A stretch of 64,000 nucleotides of DNA. Origin: Paragordius varius. Taxonomy: Eukaryota; Animalia; Nematomorpha. Location of the stretch: the NCBI GenBank assembly GCA_964247055.1, contig OZ176050.1:4650001-4714000 (forward strand), given 5' to 3'. The notes under the pieces were generated by a model. That model was not told the DNA's origin and ran no database searches. It saw only the letters and a list, made by a program, of their open reading frames with translations. Below, piece after piece: positions 56,301-64,000 of the stretch (position 1 is its first letter; every line of letters starts with the position of its first letter). Both the position numbers and the translations under genes were made by a program.

Positions 56301-59196
56301 TACCGGCTCCTGTATTTCCACCGCCACCACCCATAAACAGTTCTTGCTGAGAATTGGATAATGTTTCAAGGTCCCTATCATACAAAATTTATGCATTGTA
56401 TATATTTGAAAAAATACAGAACTTTTTTGAGATTACCCGAGTATTTAGAAAATCAATCATAAAAACTGTAAATTTTAAACGGCTAACAATAGAAAATGAT
56501 ATTTGAAACAAATTTTCGATCTTTAACAATCAAATATTTTACAGAAAAATTGTAATTATAAAGATAAAATGCGTAAAAAAGACAGATTCGGGTTTAAAAG
56601 ATCACTCATGGTTTGGGTTACAAAATATAGAGATATTGGTAATTGTCAGATTTTACAATTGCAATTATTTAATTATAAATGAAAAATAATGGTTTAAAAT
56701 AGTATGGCTGTCTTCACAAATAAATTATTTCCATTATACATTGTTCTATTTTTAATGTAATATTTTAAACATTATATAAAGTCGAACATTTAATTTTTTT
56801 ATGAGGTAATTCAAATGCAGTTTTACCTTTTTTGTGCAAAAACCTTTTTTTGTGAGTTAACACTTTTTCCTGGTCTTATTGGCGAAATAGTATACCTTTA
56901 TAACTAGTTTTTTTGTTAGGCGTCCCGCGTTCCGCCTAAAAAGCTGCTGACTCAAAATTATTATATAATTTTAAATTTACATACCTTTAATATAATTTTA
57001 ATATATGCATTTAATTTAAAAGAGACAATATCCATATCTATAACTAATTCAAAATCTAACTCAAATCACATTCAAAATATGTTTACTTCATTAGTGTTCC
57101 AAAAACATTTTGCGCATCATACCGAATAAATATGTCGTTTAATATGGAAGGTAAAATAGTTGACAGATGTTCATGATTTTGAATCATAGTTATGATTTTC
57201 ATACTGAATCCTATTGAAAAAATATTTTTATATTTGAATAATTTTTTAGATGTTAAATATTTTAAAATAAATAGATAGAAAATAAAAAAACCGTCGTTTA
57301 TACAAAACACAGCAAATGACTATGAAAAAAAATTAATTTTATTAAACACGGATTTTTGTTCTTGAATATGGTGACAACTTATCCATTAGGTCAAGTCATT
57401 TTTTCAAATTCCTTTAAATTAAAATTTAATAATAAAACTAATAAAAAAATAAATTATTATAATTAAAGTGTACCAATAGCTGTCATACATACACAAGGTT
57501 ATTTGGATAAAATACAAATTTTGTGCTTTAAACATTGCTTTTTGGCTTTAATCCCGAAAATCGGTCTAAAATTATATTTATTTTTAAAATGAAGAAACCC
57601 AGCAAATGTTGCCGGATTTTAAATCTTTATTAGATTAAAATTTGTTAGCAAAAAAATATAAAATAAAAAATTAATTCAAGCCAAAACCTAAATACTTAAA
57701 CGCAAATATTTTTTCAAAAAAAAGACAACCATATAATATGTAATTTCTTAAATATAACTTATCGTTTTTGTTGCACAATATAGAATAAAGATATAAATTG
57801 GTAACGCATTTGAGACATTCAGAATTTCCATCTTAAAGGTGTAAAAAGTTTTAGTAAAAATTGTCCTTTATAATAAATATTTGTCTTTGTCTTTAAAATA
57901 TGCTAATCAAAAAAGATAATACCATTGATATCAAGTTTAAAACGTGAGATACACAAGCCAAGCATTTGAATGATAAAATTTTGAGTCTCTTTATGTTTGG
58001 CTGTTATGGGCGATTCCAGCAATTTATAAGACATGCTGGCCACTAACCTGATATCCAAGAAAGAATTATGAAATACTTATTTACCCTCAATATAGTATAC
58101 AATGTTACATTAAATGATATATAATATTGTATCTCAAAAGTTTTTACAATTTAAAACAATCATTTTGTCTGACGGATTATGTATATCCAATTATAATTCT
58201 TCAATCGGGTGGAAATGTTTTAAGTAATATTATGTAAGATCAAAAAATATATTTATAAACAGAAAAAACTGTCAAAAAATCAATTTGCTTAGATTCGGTC
58301 AATGGTTACAGCTCGAAACCATTTATCAAATGTATTATAATATTAAATAATAATCGGTTCTAAAAAACTGATTATTTTGGTTATATTCCTGATATAAATA
58401 ATTTTAAACTCTTTATACATATATAATATCAATTCAGCTTATTTTATCAGTAAAATTACTCAATAGTTTTTGGGTCAGCAATAGGCGGTGACCAAACCTT
58501 TTCAATTTCAACCTGTGAAACTAAATGTAAAAAAGACTCCAACAATTCTGTACGTTTTTGGTTCCAGATACTTTCACTCAAGCTATTAGTATCATTTTGT
58601 CTACATGCATCCACGTTTCCTTTTTTCTTTGTCTATAATAGAAAAAATATTAGACATGAAAATAATTAATTTTATAAAAAAGTAAAAAACCTTTTTCCCA
58701 GGAGTTTTCACATACAAAACATTTTTATGGTAGCAATTAATTTCAAATTCAATGACAAATTGGCACAGAAGATAGATTAACATTTTGAGATTCACTTGAT
58801 GACAATTTAAATTTTCATTAGAGTCCTGAGCTAACTTTACTGTTCTAGTATTGGTGTCAAATACTGGCAGATATAAAATTTTTTATATACTTTTGATTAA
58901 GCAATCAATGGCATATATTTGAACGTTCCTTTCTATTTGCCTTAAATCACTAATATTATTAAATAAATCATTACTTGATAGTATTGAAAAATATGTCAAA
59001 GTAAGATACGATGCATGAACTACCCTGTTCTTCCAAAGTATACTCAAATTCTGGCTTATATATAAGAAAATATACCTTTTAGTTTGTTGTATATGTCTTC
59101 ACATGAATAGGTATCTTCAACTAAATACCCGGATGTTGATGAAGGATTGAAAAGATCCTCTTTACAAAAAGGTACCTCAAACCGTATTTCTGACAT
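40565..59196 (-). CDS. NCAPD2: Condensin complex subunit 1 (CAP-D2/Cnd1)
   Basis: First exons 59196-59076, 59050-58975, 58949-58891, 58863-58691 are colinear with the remembered human N-terminus (EEQG...YFD...NLKML). Later exons give HDVNAFVRSKA, LNDKSSNVRKNALQ, GDLIVRFPTLVEPWIPYLYQRL, SHLISRDMI, GNSIYNALPDI, KKDKQVEGIIEKMCQR; last exon 41163-40565 is a low-complexity tail. Not all internal boundaries were resolved. Confidence 0.93.
41986..42166. mobile_element. Degenerate hAT MITE remnant
   Basis: CAGGGATGACCAAC left end and GTGTTGGACATT right end; no TSD seen. Confidence 0.35.
46734..46781. repeat. (TA)24 microsatellite
   Basis: Pure TA run abutting the foldback element; similar runs occur near 2247, 2538, 12487, 40260, 44697, 48624 and 53282. 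Confidence 0.95.
46782..47904. mobile_element. ~1.1-kb foldback element (two ~540-bp diverged inverted arms, ~50-bp spacer) in an NCAPD2 intron
   Basis: ATCAGGATTATCATGGTGCTTTTGGTTTTGGCCCTTAC is mirrored by GTAAGGGCCAAACCAAGCATCATGATAATCCTGAT; colinear inverted blocks continue inward (CATATCAGAAAATGG, CACTAAAATATAT, CTCCAAAAGT, CTAAAATGGG, AAAACATTTTTTC) to about 47320/47370. Confidence 0.85.
51852..52157. repeat. Tandem duplication, 2 x 153 bp, intronic
   Basis: AAGAGTGT...CCAAAATTGGC..TAAACATTTACATA...ACTAAAAAAGCAGT...AAACATAAATGTTTAAAAATTAGC.CTGAACA starts at 51852 and 52005. Confidence 0.85.
56904..56939 (-). mobile_element. Isolated Helitron-like 3' terminus
   Basis: Minus strand TTAGGCG-GAACGCGGGA-CGCCTAA hairpin, CAAAAAA, then CTAG|T; no matching 5' TC end identified. 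Confidence 0.5.
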
Positions 59197-60139
59197 TTGA
59201 AATCTGCGCCTTTATATCAGCTGATTAACATACGTTTGACCTGTAAAGGGGGATAACACACCTTTACTTGATTTCTCACTCTTGTATGTAATATTAAGCT
59301 CATAATACTTGTATATAAACTAATGTCTTAAAGGCTGTTTTGGTTTAAATTTATTTAATGTTTGCCTGTATTATATAAAACCTATAATTTTTATTGTTTT
59401 TAACTTCTAGGATCCCAAATCGGATAGCGCCCCAAAACACGACTGGGACAATAGCTACATTCAAATTTAAAATGCATTTTAAAAGCTTTAAAAATTTTCA
59501 CATATTATTATAATAATCCCAATTGTATTGGCTATCCATTAAATCCAAAGAAAAAATTTAGGGGAATAGTGCCTGATAAATTTTTTACATTAAAATATTT
59601 AATCATGAGGATAAAAGCTAAAATTATACATTAAATTTTAACACAATATATATACTTTTTAAGATAATAAATTCTAAATGGTCTAGAACGACCCCAATAA
59701 GTAATGAGGTATCCAAAGAGATTTATTGTAAAATTTAAGATAACATGCCCAAAGTTTTCGAAATACCGATATCTACAATCGCTAATGAACCTATTTTTTT
59801 GAAGTTTTTAAACAAAAGCTCAATTAAAGATTTAGCCAAATTAGGGTTATATAATATATATGATTAATTAGTGCGCTGTTTAATATGCCTAAAATACCAT
59901 AGAATGCACGTTTTAACCCAGTGGTACTCACCAAAAAATTTGACGGGCCAAATGAAATATATTATTTTTTCGAGGGCCATGAACCTTATAATGGCAAATA
60001 TACCATAGCTATTTGACACATATGCACAAATTTATACTCTAAATCAGCACCATGAATTTTTTGCGGATCGCATGTAAATCCAGCTAGAAATCGTTTTGCA
60101 CCATTTAGTTTAAAAAAATGTTTTGATAACAACATTTAT

Positions 60140-62284
60140 ATTGATATTAACCAATAATTTTTGACAAGTTTTGCCTCATGACAGGCCAATCTTAATACGT
60201 CGTCCATATGATCCTCGGTTAAGCGATTTTTGTATGTATTCTTGACATACTTCATTTTTTAATATGCCACCTCACACGTGTAAGTTGAAGAAAAAACAGT
60301 ATTTGGCACATCTTGCCAAAACTGGACATATCTTTCTTCCCCACGACTCTCCTAATATAGCCTCCTGAAATCATTTTTAAGATCTACGAATTCTTCAATG
60401 ATATGGTCAAAACCGAAATGCTCGAGTTGCTTAATATTTATATATCCATATGCCATGGATTTTCAACGAGTTTTATTTTTAATATTTTTTAATTCTGAAC
60501 ATCTCATTAGATAAATCTTAAATGATAACTTCCGCGGTGATGTCGCAAAGGTAGGCTAATAAAACCCACTGTTTGTCACTATTCTTCAAACCTTCTCTTA
60601 TCATTTATAAATAATATAATTTTATGCCTTAAAACAAAAAATCTATTTAATACTTTGGTAAGGCTAGGCCATCGCACAGCGGTGTACAAATATGGTCAAA
60701 CTCACTGTGGATATCTTTCAGAACGTTTTTGAATTTACGGCCGTTGAATTCTTTGCCACGGATGTGGTTAACTATATCCTCAAACGTTTTTATTACTGAA
60801 TTGTGTGATTCATCCTTTATACGCGAAACCAAGGGTCGGGTGATAAAAAAAATTTTTTGACTTGAAGTTTTTCAAGTCATGGCTTGTTTTCATGTGATAA
60901 AAAAATTAAACATTACACGACTTAAGTCAAGCAAGAAAACTTGATAAGGAGGTGATAAAAAATCATTTGTTCAAGTAAAACTTAAAGATTTTGCAAGTGT
61001 GGTGTGGGGCACACTTGACAGATTTAAAAATATGGATAAAAATATTTTGGAAACTACTTATATACAAAATTTAGGTTTTATATGTACTTCAAACCTTTAT
61101 TAATAATATAAATTGTTAATTTGATAAATTTTGGCTAATTAATCCATTCATTGGGTGGATACAAAAGAGGATAAATTTATAGAAAACTCTGCTAATATTA
61201 AATAACATGGCACATAAAAATATGCTAAATATATCAATTCCGTGACCGCAAAAAATTAGATTCTCGAAAATTTCTTAAAATTAATAATTAAATATTAATC
61301 TTGTAAAATTTCAAATCTTTGTTTATTGAAAGCAAAACTTCACTTTAACCAATGTAAAGAATTTATTTCATCATAAATTTATTTCGAATGTAATGTTTAT
61401 AATCTATTAAAAATAATTATGTTATATTGTCTAAACATCTTCCCATTATATTTGCAACTGGACTCCAAACAAAATAAGTAGTGTGGTAAAATAATGGAAA
61501 GTGTTTTTAGGGCTAATGGTTTCATCAATCTAAAAATTATTACCAGGCTCACAATTTAGAAAACTCTATAATATTATATAAGATACGTGCCAATGAGTTT
61601 GAAACACTTCAGTAAGTGCATATTGTATTTATTGTATATATTGTTGTGCCTTATTTCATAAATTTTAGCTGAAAATGATCAAATGAAATTTCTATAAAAT
61701 TCGAATTGGGTGGAAAAAACTGTTACATTCATAAGCAAAAGACTTGACTTAAGTGTTTTTTTTATCACCGATCTTCAAGTGTACACTTGCTGGCTTAAGT
61801 AATCTTGCTCAACTTGCCACGCTTGGCTTACAAGTCAAGTGCGACTTTTTTATCACCCCACCCCAAGTTGCTGATGTATAAGTAAAAGGATAAAATATTT
61901 TGCAAATTATATTTGTTATTTAAAAGGGGAATAAATCCTTTGTTTATTCCAATGATAGACGGAAAGCCATCTGTGCACAAAACCAATTTTTTCATAGATA
62001 TGCCATTATTATCGAAAAAATGCTAATTATTTTTAGGAAATTACTTCTTTTTGTGGTATTATTCATTGGTTAAAATAAATACTCGTTGATTATGTTGTCG
62101 TTGCAAAATCTCATGAAGAGCGCACATAAAGATTTCCATATTGTATTTTTTATAATTATGTGGTCCTTACATATAGGGCAGGTAACAACATTTTTTAAAA
62201 AACGACAAAAAAATTTTCTTCCTATTCTTATTTAAAGGAGCAATTTTCATCGGATAATTTACGTTTTTTAGCATTAGATGTCAT
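60140..62284 (-). pseudogene. GTF2IRD2/Buster-like hAT transposase pseudogene
   Basis: MTSNAKKRKLSDENCSFK*E*EENFF...CPIC; CTDGFPSIIGINKGF; HQQ-LVSR; IVNHIRGKEFNGRKF; YTAVRWPSLTKVLNRFFVLR; STYTCEVAY*KMKYVKNTYKNRLTEDHMDDVLRLA. Many stops and frameshifts, a large internal deletion and a nested insertion. Confidence 0.85.
60833..61863. mobile_element. PIF/Harbinger-like MITE nested in the hAT transposase
   Basis: 3-bp TSD CAA (60830-60832, 61864-61866); TIRs GGGTCGGGTGATAAAAAA / TTTTTTATCACCCCACCC; repeated subterminal GTGATAAAAAA and CAAGT/ACTTG motifs. Superfamily is inferred from GGG termini and a 3-bp TSD only. Confidence 0.75.
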
Positions 62285-63029
62285 CCTTTTAATTTATGTT
62301 TAAATATTATGTATATTTTTTCAAAAAATAGGAATATAATTTGAATATGCTATAAAAAACAGGACCAAATTTAATGATGTTGATATAAATATTTTATGGA
62401 AATGAGTATCAAAAAATGATGGAAAATAGCAATGAAAAGAATATGCAAGTTTGGGTGAAAGGCTTGCTTTACAAAAAAGGAATGCAATAAAATTTTAAAA
62501 TAGAAAATAAAATAAAATATAGAAACAGAAACAACGTGTGCCAAATAATCATTTTAATGTAGAAAAATTATTTACTTTTCGAATTGGGTAAAAATAAAAA
62601 TTACCAAAATTAACTTTAAAGAAAATAAATTATTATTAATATACGCAAAAATTCGCTTATTTGTAATTTAAAAATTCATCCAAAAAATAATTCATGTATG
62701 AATTTGGTCATAGGGCAATTTTAAATCACTCTTAGGGCCGCATGCGGCCCGCGGGCCGCGGTTTGAGTATCACTGTTTTAACCCGATACATATATTATTT
62801 TTGTCGGTTAATCTCCCCAAAAGATAGTTAGGTTAGCGTAATTTTCAAACATGCTATTGTGAGCATAATCTATTTTTAAACAATCTCTACATTTTTTTGG
62901 TACTTATACATAAGTATTAAAGTAATTCAAATATTTTTAAACTATCACTATTTTTTATAAATTTGGTTATAATCGGTCGTTTTATTTTTCACCATATGAC
63001 TAATTTTCTCTAGCAAGGAACTTCCCCAC

Positions 63030-63577
<548 letters not shown>

Positions 63578-64000
63578 AATGTTAAATAAATTTATTTAAA
63601 ATATATTATTTGATCTATATAATTATTTAACACTCCAAATATTTTTGACCATTTAAGCCAAATAAAACCGCATAGAAATTATAATATATAATTTGTAAAA
63701 ATGTACATGCCCCTATTTGCTTTAGGATATGATTTTTTATAATGGACAAATGACAACCAAGTCTTGAGCTAAGTATGACATCAGTTAAAATGGTCATTTT
63801 TCAGATCATAAAAGATGTCCATACATGAGCAATCTTTAACAAGAGGTATCCAGGAATTACAACTTTTTTAGGAAAACATCTGTTTATATAGTTATAAAAT
63901 AAGCTCGGCTTTGAAGCATTTTCCAAAAAAATGAACCATTAACGCAATTATGTGCCTATCGTTGAGCTCTTTTTTAGCCTATAAATTTTATTCTACCCTC

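Larger units (their letters stand above)
59919..62775 (-). mobile_element. Buster/Charlie-type hAT DNA transposon, internally deleted
   Basis: Perfect 8-bp TSD TTTTAACC (59911-59918 and 62776-62783, nnnTAnnn); TIRs CAGTGGTACTCA / TGAGTATCACTG (11/12); subterminal GCGGCCCGCGGGCCGC; transposase remnants inside. Confidence 0.92.

Noticed and set aside
59400-59910. Short ORFs on both strands (one with CSYCPSR, one faintly like piggyBac GR..FR.Y) upstream of NCAPD2
   Set aside because: Fragments are short, stop-interrupted and not convincingly homologous; left unassigned.
63001-63029. Spliced-leader acceptor or 5'TOP motif before RPS15 (TTTTCTCTAG, CTTCCCC)
   Set aside because: Cannot be distinguished from ordinary pyrimidine-rich UTR or promoter sequence without TSS data.

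Overview
Very AT-rich eukaryotic (animal) genomic DNA; no prokaryotic features, CRISPR array, tRNA or rRNA were seen. Six protein-coding genes: the 3' part of an unrecognised + strand gene (1-3055), a 13-exon Corin-like type II transmembrane serine protease (-), INTS7 (-), a single-coding-exon FMRFamide/peptide-receptor-like GPCR (+), condensin I subunit NCAPD2 (-) and RPS15 (+). The most notable property is the splicing landscape. At least eight GT-AG introns of only 21-27 nt (plus one of 34 nt) are required by protein homology, and they sit at the 5' ends of INTS7, NCAPD2 and RPS15, whereas the downstream introns I measured are 37 nt to over 2 kb and often hold transposons. Three NCAPD2 splice acceptors are directly preceded by pure (TA)n instead of a pyrimidine tract. 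Mobile DNA includes a Helitron family with a variable ~290-bp internal array, two piggyBac-like MITEs just upstream of INTS7, a 5'-truncated RTE LINE, a ~1.1-kb foldback element, hAT MITEs, and a dead Buster-type hAT transposon (perfect 8-bp TSD) carrying a nested Harbinger-like MITE between the divergent NCAPD2 and RPS15 genes. All homology calls are by eye from remembered sequences; no database search was run and the organism cannot be named from this window.
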